Part shown: positions 25,441-39,908 of the stretch, one piece after another
Numbering within the stretch: position 1 is the first letter of the stretch
Layout of the letters: every line of letters starts with the position of its first letter
Assembly (NCBI GenBank): GCA_904063045.1
Contig: CAJFCJ010000012.1
Coordinates: forward strand, 1,054,001 to 1,118,000
Direction: 5' to 3'
From: Dimorphilus gyrociliatus
Taxonomy: Eukaryota; Animalia; Annelida
Length of the DNA stretch: 64,000 nucleotides
Notes under the pieces: model-generated
The model's input: the letters and a program-made list of their open reading frames with translations, nothing else
What the model was told of the DNA's origin: nothing
Database searches by the model: none
Made by a program: the position numbers and the translations under genes

Positions 25441-26327
25441 GTGATTGGAAAAGTTATTGATAGCGTTTATTGCAATTCTCATAATTTCTACCTCATGTCA
25501 ACACAATATTATATAAATATAAAGAAAGAGCTAAAAAGAATAAAGAGATAAAGATCAAAGGAGAAAAAAATCAAGGAGAAATTGTTTTAAAACAGAGAAA
25601 AAAGATGATGGAAAAAAGTAATGTTTGAAATTGAGCGAGTAAAAGAAGAAAGAATATAAAAGAAAATACAAGGGCATTACGAGTATACATATATATTAAT
25701 AATAGAGATACTGTATATAACATATATGTATGCTGTATACGGTTATATATAAATTTATAATACATATATGCAGTATATACAGTATATAAGTACATATATG
25801 AATGTATATGCAGTATACTGTTATTGCATATATATATATACATTTATTCATATATATTTTGTATTCGAGTAAATGTTTTCAAGAAAGAGATAAAAAGCAA
25901 TATTAAAGACATGGAAGAAGAGGCTGATTTTTTTATGATTTATTTATTAATTTTTTCGCCATCTGTCGGGTAATACTTAAAAGATGTAAATGAAAAGAAA
26001 AGAATAGAAAGAGAAAGAAAAGTTACCAAAATACATTAAGTCTTATGCATTAGAACGTTATAAGATAAAAAGAAAATTACCGTCTCTTATATAAAGAGAT
26101 AAAATAATATACAGTCCATATTTAATTATATATATGGATATATTTGCCGTATATAAATAACGGAAAAAATCATATTTTTTAATATTATATTTATATGCAG
26201 AATATCTCGGAAATGTATGTAAAGAAAATGCAACAGAATATAACAATTCTAAAAAAAAAACAATAAAAAGAAGATGAAAGAAAGATAAAGTAGAGATTTA
26301 TCTCTCGACTTTTCTTATTCCTAACTT

Positions 26328-27888
26328 TCATAATTCCGTTTCGAAAACTCCTAAACTGTTGGTGCTATTCGAAGTTGGTGTAGCGTAATCGTTAATCAAA
26401 CGCATATTCAGAGCTTCCTCATAGCCGGGCGGCATTTGACAGTCGCTTCCCGAAGCTGGTGTCGTTAGCGAATTATTCGATTTTCCGCTACAGTTCTTCA
26501 AACTTTTCTTTCGCCCTTTCATTGAGCCATAGTCGAAAAGGATACCATTTGGTACGCTAACAGAACTAGTCAATAGAGCATGGGGATTCTGTAGGACTAA
26601 AGCGTCTGCAGGATTATGCATACGTGCTACATGGCGGTGCTGATTTGTAGAATTGTCAATTAGTAACGCCTCTGAGTAGCTCGGAACTATATCATAATTC
26701 CTTTGTACTAAATGCTCTAGATCCGAGCTGCACATTGTTGCTTCTCGGGACAAGTGGGGAGTACTGGAACAACCAAACACTTTCAAAATATGGTAATGAA
26801 CGTAAGCTGTATTATATTCAATGAGTATCCTTAGTGGCCAAGAAAGGAGAATAAAGGAGAATATCCAATAAACGCATTGGGAAATATACCAAGGCGTTCT
26901 GCTCGAATAGACCATCAAATTCGATTTGAAGGGGACGTGTAATAAATCTAATCCTTCCCTTGTCTCCATATAGTCGTCGTTACGCTCTTGAGCATGGAAG
27001 AACGAAGATCTTTGCATATCAAATTCGACTTCTGAATCGATACTGCAGAAGGAGAAACCTTTTGTAAATTTAATACGTGTGGCAAAGAAGTTCTCTAGAC
27101 CGATTAGAGTCTTTGAGGCGTCTCTTGCCCCGCAGTGACTCCAATTGAACGCAGCGCTTCTTGTTTGCGAATTGATTCTTTCATAATAAACCTGCATGGT
27201 AGTAAAAGCGTCTCCGTTCCTATATCTCGTCACTTGCCTAGTTTTACGAACATAGTGATAGCATTGAACTTTCCACCAAACAACTGGTATGGCACTTCTT
27301 AAATCTTGCAAAAATTCAAAAGCAGCTTCAACGCTCATCCTATTCTTAACTTCATTCCTACTTTGACAGTACCAACATTCTAACAGATACACGAAATATA
27401 AAAGGAAGATGAAAGCCAACGGGATGTACATATATCCTCCATCACATGCAGAGACAGTATTTGTCCGAATATTCGGAAGGTCATAGATACTAAAACATTA
27501 CAATATAAATCATTTCAATACAAGATATTACATAACAAGAAAAAGATTAAAGACTTACCTAAGTATAAATTTTGATACAGTTGCCAACCGACACCAAATG
27601 ACTGCACCAATACAAACGCTAACAAGAAGAGATAAGAGTAAACATTTCCAATGAGGATGGTGCCGTATAGTCGAGCAAAGCGAGCGTCTGATTGGTTTTT
27701 GGTACTGTAGGGAAACGGATCATTTACTCCACAGTCTTGTTTGTCCAAAGCTTTATACAATCATAAACAATAAAAAGTTATATCTATATATATATATATA
27801 TATATATATTTTTTTTCTTTTTTTGCCATATATGAAATCCACTCACGTTCTGCAATAAATTTCCTTCCTCGCTTTCAATCGTCGTCAT
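26328..27888 (-). CDS. TMEM151: Transmembrane protein 151 (TMEM151A/B-like), 449 aa
   Basis: Exons 27888-27847 (MTTIESEEGNLLQN), 27704-27559 (...HWKCLLLSLL...AVIWC), 27489-26328. Family motifs GYMYIPLAF, YLLECW, WWK..CYHYVRKTRQVTRYRNGDAFTT.QVYYER, DDYMETREG, LSWPLRILIEY.TAYVHYH. Phases 0 and 2 are consistent. Confidence 0.93.
27785..27809. repeat. (TA)n microsatellite in TMEM151 intron 1
   Basis: Perfect TA run of about 12 units. Confidence 0.9.
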
Positions 27889-28302
27889 TCCTTACTTTTG
27901 AGTTTCATTTCTTGGCTGATATAAAATAAAATGTATTAATATACCTCAAGCTATACTTTTATCTCTAATTGCATTTAACGAACAAAAATCTTTCTTAATA
28001 CTCTGTCGGATAAAAGAAACTGTAAGAGAAACATCTAATTGATTTTACGGAATTGTTTCTTTCGCTTCATTCTTTTCTTTATCAATCACTGCAAGGCAAA
28101 CTCAAAAGACGTTTAGCTCCGGAAAAATTAGACGTCTACCCATCCGCTTTATTTTCATTCTGCCTGTGATTTTTTTATTCTTAGGCTCAATAGCCAAAAT
28201 TGAGAAAAGACTAAGCCGATTGTTTTTTTTTTACTTTAAGCGACACCCTTGGAAGAGCAAATCGTAAAATCGATAGTCAGTCGTGAGGAAACGAGCAACG
28301 GT

Positions 28303-28372
28303 ATTTCTCTTTCTGTCTCTGTCTCTCTCTCTCTTTTTCACTCTCTCACTTTTGGGCGTCTCTCTCTCTCTC
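28303..28372. repeat. CT-rich simple repeat upstream of TMEM151
   Basis: Interrupted (CT)n/(CTGT)n pyrimidine tract; GA-rich on the TMEM151 sense strand. Confidence 0.75.
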
Positions 28373-31300
28373 TTTTACTTTCGCTCTACTTTAAAGCTCC
28401 CTTGTTGTTTTTCTACGGCTCACTCTTTTATGTCTCTTTCAATCTCTCCATCTATTTATCCGTATTTCTATCTTTTCGGCTCTTTCATTTCGGTCTCTTA
28501 GCTTCTTTTAATGACGGAAAATTTTAGAGCTTTATCTAAAGACAGGGCTATACTTAAAAACCCAATTGAGGGGAAAAAGGGGCGCAAAACCATAAATCTA
28601 TCGGGCTGTATACGCTTCAAATGCTATTAGCCGACAATTAATCACAGCTATATTTTTTGCTGCACTTAGAAGCAGCTGACCTTTAATCGCTTAAATGCTA
28701 CAGCGTCACTTTGTTGACACGGCAAATACGTCAGTTTGATCTATACTGCGAAAAAACTAGTATAAAGTTTGGATGCATTCTGCATAAACTATAGGAGGTA
28801 TTAACTAAGAATCGCACTTATACATATTTATATACACAAGTACAAAAGTGTAGATTTAAGTAACATAAAGTGCGGTATCCTCAGGTTAGAAATGCTTGTT
28901 TTTATAACAAGATATGAGTAACGAAACTGCTTTCCATTAGAGGGTGAAAATGGTTAAGCAGATTGCGATACATTCCACTGGACAATTACTTTATACAAGT
29001 AAAATAAAGTAAGGTTCATCAAAGCGAACGGAGAAAAATCGTTAATTGTTAAATGGAACGCCCTTGGAAGCTATATATTCTACTTAAAAGAGACATTTGT
29101 GTAATTTGCTGTTGAAAGACTTCCTATATTGATTTTTTTTCCTTTTCAAAATACTTTTACTACATAAAAACGTTTATAGTAGCCCAGTTGATGGAGGGAT
29201 TTTCGTTTAATCAGTGCAATCTCTCAACAGAAGACGAGTCGATGCTTTTAATAATTAATAACTAGTACCGACTGCACTCGTAAGCGTAGAGCGTCTAAAC
29301 AGCCAATAATTAAATTGCAGTTTGCCATCCGCATTGCAAATATATTCAATAGCTAATCAAACGACGCCGTTGCGAATATTTCTATAAACGGCAATGTCAT
29401 TTCTGTATCTCTGAATATAACTAATTAATGAGATTCGATAAAGTAAGAGAGGTAGAGGAATATGAATACTTTTTCACCGGCGTCGAATTGGCCTGTCATA
29501 TTACGGCGGCTTGCTTTTTTGCGATCAATCATGATTTATGGGGGATCATACGAGCCCGATTCCTGCTTTTGTTGCTGTTAGAAAAAAGTATTTAGACCGC
29601 ATAGAAATGCTTCCACTATTTCAAAAATACATTTTAATCTATTTGTTCACTTATTTATTTATTTGTGGTTTTTGAAGGGCGAATGAACAGAGTGATATAG
29701 GCCTAATTCTTATTGACATGAGATGTTTTCAGGCGATGTTTGTTAAAATTAGTAGGATCGGTTGACGGGTTAACATTGAAAGTATGTATATTGAGGCTTC
29801 TGGCACTGTTCGATCGAAACCCGCTAGCGTATAGGTCATTATAACAAACAAGCCTTGCTACAGTTTGCAAATTGAATTTAGGCAAGACCGCTTTATCTAC
29901 GCCGCTCCATATACAGACGCCCATAAAAACAGCTAGTTCGTCTAAAAGCCAGAGCGGATAAAGCGAAAATTCCTCGCTAAATTAGTGGAACGCTTTTATT
30001 ATGCTTAGGTTGCTCAAATCGCAAGAGAGAAGGCTCTATAGCGATTTATGATAGAGATAAATAGTCATAGACGTTGAATATGCAAATAAGTTAACAAAGA
30101 CGTGTAAAAGATTTAAAATTGTATCCTATCGCTTCATATAATACACTATACATAAGAGTATTTTAATGGGCCAACTAATAGAATGAGTTTGTTGCGTGAG
30201 CTGACTAAACGTCTTTAGCTTGTTAGCAGTCTGGTCGAATTGCTCGTTTTTTTTTAAGTCTTACCTCTCTTTCCCTCGTCCTTCACTATAACAATATCAG
30301 CCTTATTAATATATCGACGTTGTACAATATATTCTCCTATTAGTTCTGAGAGGGCTCGCAAGATAATGACTAATGGTTGATTTTTTACTTCACAAACTAC
30401 AAATGGAACATAAATGCACAAACGCCCGAACAAATATTTTTATGTCGTGTGTTGTGATACTTTTATGTACGATTAACTATGTAAAGTTAAATGCATTAAC
30501 TTTTAGCTCATTCGATGGATTTACAGAGGAAAAGAGAAAAGGAAAAATCTAAGGAAAAGAAGAGTACTTATAACAGACGAGTGTTCGTTTACAAATGAGC
30601 TTAGCTATATCCTTATTTCATGGTCTGATACTCTGTTAGCCGTTTTCGTACTACGGACGTGCTTTTTTCCTACCTGACTCTGTTGTAACCGGATTCGAAT
30701 GTTTCCTCGAATAAATATTGGCCGAGTCACGCGAAGGAAGTCGTCCTTTCCACTCTCTTTCTTTCTCTCTTTAAAGTGAGATTTATTAACAAGACGGCCG
30801 CGTTTCTTTATTTATAAATCCTGTAAATAAATATAAATGAAAAGTATAAATAAATTCATGAATAATATATCATATAAAAAATATATAAAAGAAGAAACTT
30901 GCATTTGATATACTGATATATCCTTAAAGAATAAAAACATATATATATATATATATACATACAAGTATATGATATTTCGGCCTATAGCTAGCTAATAATA
31001 TAAAGTACAGAGAAATACACAGTTTCTGTACTGTACTGAGAACATATCAATAATTTATCCACATATTTACAAACATTTCAATACAAACTCATCAGTCTCA
31101 GGCTGCCAAATAATCCACTAATATTATCCTATATAAACATGCTCGAGTAAAGGAGTAGGTTAATTAAAACGTACTTATAAAATAAGTTAAGAAGTAGAAA
31201 AGAAAAATCTTCAGGAACAAGTCTACACTCTTCAGCGCGCGCAGTCGCCTCTCCTGCGTCTAATGCGACCAGCGTTTCCGTGAATTTTTACGCAACGAGA

Positions 31301-34300
31301 CGCTAGGCGCGAGAAAATTTTTCCCTTTCCCTTCCTCCACTAATTAAACATATATAGATTCATATAATAAAAAGATATTTAATAAAAATATTACTTACTA
31401 GAGTATTGATAAGGAATTATATTTGAGCTAATATTGATATATTGCTATAAATAAGATAAGTAGAGAGAAATATAGTATATATGGTTGTATTAAAATAGCG
31501 AATGGTCGTCATTTCAATTTCCGTATTCATTCGGCCATGACTAGTAGCGTTGATTGATTTATGTTGGCATTGATTTCATAAAACGTATTTACGCGTCATT
31601 TATCGATTTAATTCAGTAGGAATAATGCGTCAAAGATACAAAAGATTCATCCATATATGGAATATTTATGCTAGGTCACGACATTTCTTCTCACCGGGGG
31701 AATTGGTAAGTCTTCCGAAAAAGCCTTTGAATTCAAATTGCCATTCCGGAAATGTATTTGGCGATTCTAGCTACTTAACAACATACTCTGAGAAGTGTAT
31801 ACCGTAAATAATTCAAGTGACTCGCTTCCTGTCGTAAAATCCTTGTCAGTATTATTTTAGACAAATCCGTAGGAGGGTTCTTATCCCTCATCAACTCCTT
31901 CTACGTTATTTTCCCAGCACTACCCAGGCGAATTCTAATTCCACCTACATTTGCAACTTGTCAAAAGAAAAAACAAATGTCAAGAAGCAGATGGAAATAT
32001 TTATATCGTGACGCTCGTTCGACTTTTTCCATTCCCCTTTTTCCCACTCGTCTAATTTTTTTTTTACCTGATTTCCCCTCTTTTTTGTTATTATTTCATA
32101 GTTAAGGTAATTAAGTGAAACCCTTTTTAACATATAGAGTTTATTCGTTTGCTTTTAGTTTGCCTGCTAAACAAAAAATTCAATTATTTTTACTTCTAAT
32201 TCCTAAAGAAAGTTGCGTGTCAAGTCGGTCGAAGTACTTACAAAATTTCTTTTAATACATCTGTAATATTTACATAGCTTTAGTCAAACGGAATAAATTT
32301 TGAATAAGATGCTAGCTACTACAAAAGAAATAATAAGGCAATATTTCACCGCACTGACACCCAACTAAACCTCCAATTTAATTAGAGAGATGTCTTTACT
32401 ATAGTAATCGGTCACCGTATCAAATATAATTCTAAAGAAATCCCACAGATGGCGATCATACAATGCTATAAAATTAATTTTAATTATTTAAAATATACTT
32501 GATAAATTACAATTTATTTCTTTAATTAAAGCTTTCTAAATTATTTATAAAAAATTATTTTAAACTATCAATTTATCTAGAGCTTTATGTAAATTTTGTT
32601 CTAAATAACCTTTATTTACTTTTCAAAGAGATTAGAGCAGTTAATCTATATTTTCTTTTTATTCCTTTCAATTTTTTTTGTATTTATTGAACTATTTATT
32701 CCTTTTTTCTAAAATTTATTGATTCATATCCTATTTGAGGTCTATGTATTTTGGCTGGTAGATGGCACCTCTTTACTTTGCCGATTGAATCACTTTTTTT
32801 ATTAGTAGAACTTTTAATGAAAGATTTTAATACACCATCTTTGATAAGGAGAAAAAGCGATAAAAAACTTCATATATAAGGAAATAGTGAATGTAGGAAA
32901 AGATAAGGTAATTTCATTCCCCCTGAAGAGAGGAATCAACCGATAATTTGCAAATTTTTAACCGAAAAGAATAAAAAATAACGATTTTTACAAAATTTGC
33001 ATTCTATTTGGAGAGTAGAATGATTAGACGCCAGTCTCAATGATTATTGAAAATAAACGTTAACCTAAACGCAAAATCGGAATGGGTAAACAAACATTTC
33101 TCGTTTGCATAAGCTTAAGTTAATGAGTTGTGGCAATGTTAACGTAATAAGAATAACGTTAGAAGAATACCAATTGATTTTCAGTGTTAAGCATAATAAA
33201 TATTATTTTTTCCTATTTTTAACATAATAAAGCCTCATGTAAGATTATACTCTTCGAGATGGAAGAAAGAATATGGAACTTTGCACTATACAGAAACTAT
33301 ATGATTACGTTATTAATCCTAAGATCGACCGTACACTTAGCTAAACAAGCGTATATAAAAATATATATACATATCTCTAGTACCATATTTATATTATATA
33401 TTAAAAGTAAATACTTCATTTTCATACTTTTATAATTTTTACTATGTAAAATATTTACTATGTTTAATTCTATTAAAAAACAATGTCTATACTTCATATT
33501 AACATATATTAATAGTATTTATGTTACTAATTCACTAATTCTATGTATAAAAATTTCTTACAAATTAACCTAATTATTTAATTAATTAATACAAAAAAGA
33601 GAGTATAAATTCATTAAATAGTTAATAAATATTTTTAAATTTCAATAAACACCGAATAAAACAATCAGTTTATCTGATGGGTCATACTTAGACATTACAA
33701 AACAATACTTAATAAAAAGGGCTATTAATTCATATTAACGATCAAACAATTGTCTACAAATAATCGATTTGACAGTATTTTTGGTATCATATAAAATTCT
33801 TGTAATTGAATACTAAACACGCCAATATTCGTAAACAATTTTTTAATAAGAAAAAAAAATTTTTCCGCCTCAGACTATCAAAATACAGTCTTTAAAAAGC
33901 ATCTTTTTTAACAAGAGCTGTTTGAGCTAGAGGGCAAAAAGGTGTTTTTTATCTTTTCTTTCTCACTCTATAAGTATTATGTATATTATTATTGCCTAAT
34001 ATATCACTTCTAACCTCTTATTTTTTGCTATTTATAAATAATGACAATAAATCTTGGGGTGTGGTAATTAGCAGGAGTACTCGCACTTGACTATTTTAAC
34101 GGTCTTTGTGTTCTTTTCGATATCTTTTATGTACGTCGACGTTTGCCTTTTCTATCATTATCTAGTCTACTATTATGATTTTGCATCTTTTCAACTTCTT
34201 TTTTGTACCTTTAAAATGTTTAAAGGTAAACTTTACTAGATATTTTTTATGTATAAAATATATGCATATACAATCTTGTAAAAGAACATATGAATACCAT

Positions 34301-37208
34301 GATTAAGAGCTAGTAAAAAATTCATATTCTATTTATAGCTAATATTTTATATATTAAATATATCTTATTTATTTAATTAATTAATTAAAGATATATTTAA
34401 ATACTAATTTTATTAAATAACTATATAAATTTAATTCCAAGTTTATAAAAAATAATATATGAGAAGTGTATATTTGTATATCATCAAATTTCAATTTATA
34501 TCCACTTTCTTAATATGAAAATTAAGGAAAGCAAAATTTAACAAATACATTGAAAATATTCTTTGACAACGTTAATTTGTTTCAAAGTTCGAAATTAGTC
34601 AAGTCTATAAAACAAGAGAGTTTTTAAGTGGAGGACCTACAATTTATTTATTGTGTTTAGAGGAGGTGAGGGAGAAAGGAGGTGAGGGATAATGAGATAA
34701 GCTAAGAAGTAGAGAAGGAAAGAAGGAACGATTTCTATTAAATTATTATGTAATTCTACTAACATTAAAAGATTTATCAATAATACGACTAACCGAGCTA
34801 CAGAGTATATTTTAAACTTGGGAAATAATTGGAAATTTGCATAAGATTAAATTAGATTTAAGTATATGCGTGTATATGTATATATATTTAAAGAGTCTAT
34901 TAAACTGTTAAGTAGATGTCTAATTTGAAACAATCTAGACTAGGTACACTCTTTAAGAGTAGAAAACGACCTTTGTTCACGCCGCTAAAACTCCGACACT
35001 TCGCATCGTGACGGCAAAAGTATAAGAATAACATACTAAGTTTTTTGAATTAGAATGGTCTTTTTGCAACCAATGGAAGGATGGTCGAGAATGCTTGAAA
35101 ATTTCAAGGGACATGATAGAATGAGTCACTATTTAGAAAATAAAGTAAGTATACGGAATTTATTTTAAAGAGTTTATTTTATTTTTCTCAATCAATCTAC
35201 ACTTTTTCATAAAGAGACAAAAAACCTCTTAAGTAATTTTGCAACTTTGTTCTATTTAACGAAACATAATCGAGTAATTTGAATATTTTTTCTTCATTTT
35301 TATTTGCTTTTTACTAGATAAATAATTTAATTTATTAAACAAATTATCTATTAATTCGTTTAATCAATATATACATATATACATTATATATATATAGTAT
35401 ATATAATAGTTAAGAATAGTTTGAAACTCTTTTAATGACAAATTCTGAAATCCTCATAGTACGATAGAGGGAGCAGCAGTCAACTCTCATTTAGATATTA
35501 CCCTCTAGATGTCATCTGTAAAATGCGTAACCGTAAAAAATTCTCCGACTATTATCTTATCAATCGTAAAAAAATGGTAAATTAAATTAGTTGACAAATT
35601 TCGAAAGGCATTCCTCTTTTTGGTAAATATCAATCGTTTTCCCAGATGGCGTTTAGATATTCTTATCTACCACCAATAAAAAAAAGAAAAGTTTCTCTCC
35701 AGTTTATATAATAACTAAGAAAGACCCCGTTTCAATTTTTTTAGAATATTAATTATGATTACTAATAGAGTTTTAAAGAAAAACAACGCGAAAAGGTAAT
35801 ACGAATTTATTGATAGCGTCTATATACCGTAGTTTCATGATTAACGTCTAATCATTAAATATTTCTATTATATTTATATTTTACAAACAAATTATTAATT
35901 GATTAGAAATGATATATCTTTATAATTTATGAATATTATTATATTGTATTAATTATATACGTGATTTTTTCCATTAACGATAAACTAAAACTAGTTGCTC
36001 TGATTCGAAAGATTTATAAACATAAAAACACTTATTATTCTATAATAATATAATATGTTAACAATTCATATTCGTTATTTGTCAATTTCTATTTTTCCGA
36101 GATAAATTAATTCAAGAATATAACGCTTTGTTTGTCATTTTTCTTCTCCTTTTATCTCTTTATGGGTATATTTGGAGAAAAGCTTTTCTTATTTTATCTT
36201 TAAAATTTAAATATATCATCTGCCTATGTATTCCTTACTCACTTAATGTATGATTAATGTACTGTTCGTCAAAAATTCCCAGTTTTAAGAGAGTTAAATA
36301 CGAGATGAGGGTTTTAAATAATCTCAACGTCTTATGCAGCTCAGCCTTGACAGAATGGCTGGACACGGCAATACGGAGATTCAAATTACATCTCGATTTA
36401 CGACTGAAAGATTGCTTAAATACCAGTTTTTCTTTTTCTATTGGTAATTTTAGCTGATAGACCTTGCAGATGAATATTACTAATGTATAAGTTACAGACG
36501 CATAAAATTCACATCACGGCTACTTTAAAGCAGAATAGAATGCTTTACAAAATGATAGTATTTAAGTTATTATCGTTAACTATACCGTTTCTTTGATCTA
36601 CCATCATCTATTTCCTAAATTTCTGCCCTTTCATTTATAAAAACATCTTTTGGGAATATTTTTCGTTTTGTGTTACATACTTCTATTCAACATTTTGTCA
36701 GAAGGTCATTAACATATTTCATTGAAGAAGCGTTTAATAGGATTTTTATAAAAGGCTCTTTGACAAACAGATAGACGAAATGATAGGGGAAACTGGTACA
36801 ATAAACGATATTAATGATAAATTAAATTTGTTGAAACATACGAAAAAAAAATAAAATGAATGAATGAACTGGAAAATATGGATTCATAAAGTAGATTTAG
36901 CGTTAATAAGGAAATAAAAGCTAATTTCGATTATTTAATAAAAAGAGTCACTTGTTAAAATAAGGTTAAGATTTGACAACAACATTTCTATTATATTTCT
37001 TTTAGTACTTGAGATACTTATTTTATTATCTAATATCTAATAAAGAGAAAGTATAAACCTTATTTAGATGTCTAAACCATTTCAATAACCCCGTATAAAT
37101 GTCTCATTAAAATTATTACGACGTATTGAGTTATTCAATAACTAAAATAACGTATTTCCTTTATAGTTATATGAATAAATTAAAGAGAGAGAAGGGTAGA
37201 AATAAAGC

Positions 37209-37226
37209 GAGAGAGAGAGAGAGAGA
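37209..37226. repeat. (GA)n microsatellite (a similar run lies at about 43209-43227)
   Basis: Perfect GA run. Confidence 0.85.
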
Positions 37227-39294
37227 TAAATATATTGTCTTTTCTCTTTCTGCATTTCCCTTTCCTTCTCTTTCAAGATAATTATTACTTTCTAAAATAT
37301 TAAATACTGTAAAAGTGTTTTAAACCATTATAATAAGCTTTTATTAAAATGTTAATAATTGTTTTATTCCGTTAATATATAAATATAATTTTATTAATAT
37401 TGTTTATATTGATGTTTCAATATGATAAAAATCATTAAAAAAGAGAAATTAATAAATAACGAATAAAGTAAAAATGTTTATTTTTCATATGGCCTACATA
37501 TTATGGTCAAAATAAAACAGTATAATATAAAAGTTATGAAAAAATGCTAAGGCAACTGCAAAGTGGACAATTGCTGTGGCAGCACCGCCTCGAGGTACAG
37601 TGGCGCCGTTTGACACTAATTGCCAAACTGATGCTACCCAGATGTGTCTGTAACGACTGGGTTATACTCGCTGCAATTTACAAATGCATTTCATTTTCCC
37701 TTTTTTTTATGGAGATAGAAGCTAAATATTTTGACGAATATTTCATACCATACTTATTTTATACATTAGTAATGAAATAAATAATAAAAACATTTTTTCT
37801 ATTTGGCCTAGTTAATAAAAAAAACTGCAACATCTACAAAACATAAATAAAAAAGATATGAAAATAAATATGTATTTTATTCGGAAAGAGAAATTTATTT
37901 GCTGTAAGAAAAAGGCGGTCACAGTTGGCGAGATCCGTTCGTACAAACAAAAAGTTTATTCGCGGTCAACCAAGCATGACATTGCAGTCAAAAGCGGCCT
38001 TGTTTGTCGTACGGATTTCCCTCTTCATAACTCAATTACCTCTCTCATTCCTTGATTGAATGGAGCACTATGTTTGCTTTGCTTCTCCTCTCAGCCCTTT
38101 TCTTTCCGCCCTCTAGATTATTCAAAATATAAGCGTGTTTTCTATATAATTTCGCTTATTTAATATATTGTTTTCAAGTGCTTATTCAGCTATTTGAAAA
38201 TTACCCGATATAAACATATAACGAGTAAATTTTTTCATATGTTGTTAAAATCCTGAAAGAGGAAATTAGGTCAAGTAATTCTCCAAGTACTACACAACTT
38301 ATTCCACAAGGTGAGGCGCAGCAGCAAATGGTGGGAAGAAAATTACAGGCTAAGCCGCTGGGGAAATCACTAAATACTCGATTTTCGTCAATGTTTACCT
38401 TCTGGCGGTACTTACACTTTTTGAATCACCATGATCGTATGGGTCATTTGCTAATTGAACGATTCAATAATTAAGCCTAAAAACAAAGTATAAATATACT
38501 GTATATTAAATATTCTAAACTCATAGAAATCGCATTTCAAAATTAGCAATTTTTTAGAGGTTTTTAAATTCCTTTAAATATTAAATAGAACTTTTATTAG
38601 AACAATAATCGTTTATCTAAATAATTAAAAATACTCACTGTATCTTATAAAAGAATAAAGAAATTCATAAATTTTTAACTAATTCGTATAATCTTTAATA
38701 TATTCAGTTAATGCAATAAAAAAGGTAATTTTCGCTTCGACGGTTAAGTTCAAGGCATTGAATCAAAAAAGTCGAAAAGTGCAACAGATGATCGTTGCCC
38801 AGCAAAAGTAGTTTGACAAACAAGCACTGTTGTAGGGTGGGCGGAATGCAAACGGCGCAGATGGAATAGTTGCTCTCTTCCCTGCCCTTTTGCCCTGTTT
38901 GAACGCTTTAATGTTTTGAAGTGAGCCGGTGACGTTTGCAGAACGTTATCTCGAGCGTGACGTTCTTTTGATTGACGAATAATCGAATGCATTTCTCACT
39001 CGAGCATGCCTTCATGCATTGATATACGGATTTATCCGAAATTTATTAGCCTACGAGATTCTTCTTCCTAAAAAGGGAAAGAAGAAAAAAGACGAATAGG
39101 GGTTTATACTGGCGCCGAAATGTGTCTTATCCTAGAAAACACTTTAATCAATCAATATAAGAAACGGTCTACAATAAGTCAAACCCATATGCATCTTGCA
39201 TTACGGATAACTATTGGCCCCTTTGTCTGTCAATCTAGCTCTGGAGGTTAGCGGCAAAGGGGTCTAAACCGTTGGAAGCAATAGAAGCGCTTAA

Positions 39295-39366
39295 CGCCCT
39301 CTCTATTTAAGGTGATGCCGATGGCCACGCCCCCTATGGAATTGTGGGTATATGGCGCATATAAAA
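39295..39366 (+). promoter_or_regulatory. Candidate Phox2 core promoter: two GC-rich CTCF-like motifs followed by a TATA-like box
   Basis: CGCCCTCT 39295-39302, CGCCCCCT 39328-39335, TATAAAA 39360-39366. A donor AAG|GTAGGT at 39538 and an acceptor TTTTACAG ending at 39908, directly before the ATG, suggest a noncoding first exon and a 5'UTR intron. Confidence 0.35.
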
Positions 39367-39908
39367 ATCAAGTTGCATTCAGAATTGAATTATTGAATAA
39401 TTTCATTGCAGCCGGCAACCAAATTTAGTTGTAAGCAAAAATATTGCATTTCTGCTTGTGAATTCTTCTATATTTTCGCGCATATCTCGATAATTTAATT
39501 CCAGCGTATAACAGCGAACGATCGGCTAAAAAAGAAGGTAGGTATTGGCCTAGATTTTGTATAAGAAACAATTAGATTTTAGGTAATTTGATCTGATCTG
39601 CACCTTAGCGCCATGAGTACAACTAAATGTTCGCAATTGAATCGGACTGTGCATAATCGAATGTGCTTTAAAGCAATAAAAGATAACTCGATTTTCCAAA
39701 CCAACTTTTGACGGCAGTTTGCTTTTGACTAGCGTCAAAGATGCTTCTCTTTGTTCATCTTTTTTTAATTGTCTAAGTCAGAGTTAAGAAGATCCAATAG
39801 CTCTGCTCAGCTTTCAATTTGCGATAAAATTTCCCTCAGAAATTCTTAAGAAAAGCCCAGAATTTTTACTATAAGAAAGGAGCGATATTCTAAATATGAA
39901 TTTTACAG

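Noticed and set aside
27515-27760. ORF-track translation as the TMEM151 exon
   Set aside because: Wrong frame; the family motif HWKCLLLSLL is in another frame bounded by splice sites 27704-27559.
30681-30760. TTCGAATCC T-loop-like word on the minus strand as a tRNA
   Set aside because: No cloverleaf stems, D-loop or anticodon arm can be folded around it.
28249-38992. Many 60-90 aa ORFs in the tract between TMEM151 and Phox2, and similar ones at 42-47 kb and 54-61 kb
   Set aside because: Low-complexity F/L/I/K-rich translations typical of AT-rich noncoding DNA; no motifs and no consistent splice chains.
28500-39000. Numerous TAAT/ATTA words as homeodomain sites
   Set aside because: Expected at high frequency by chance at this AT content.
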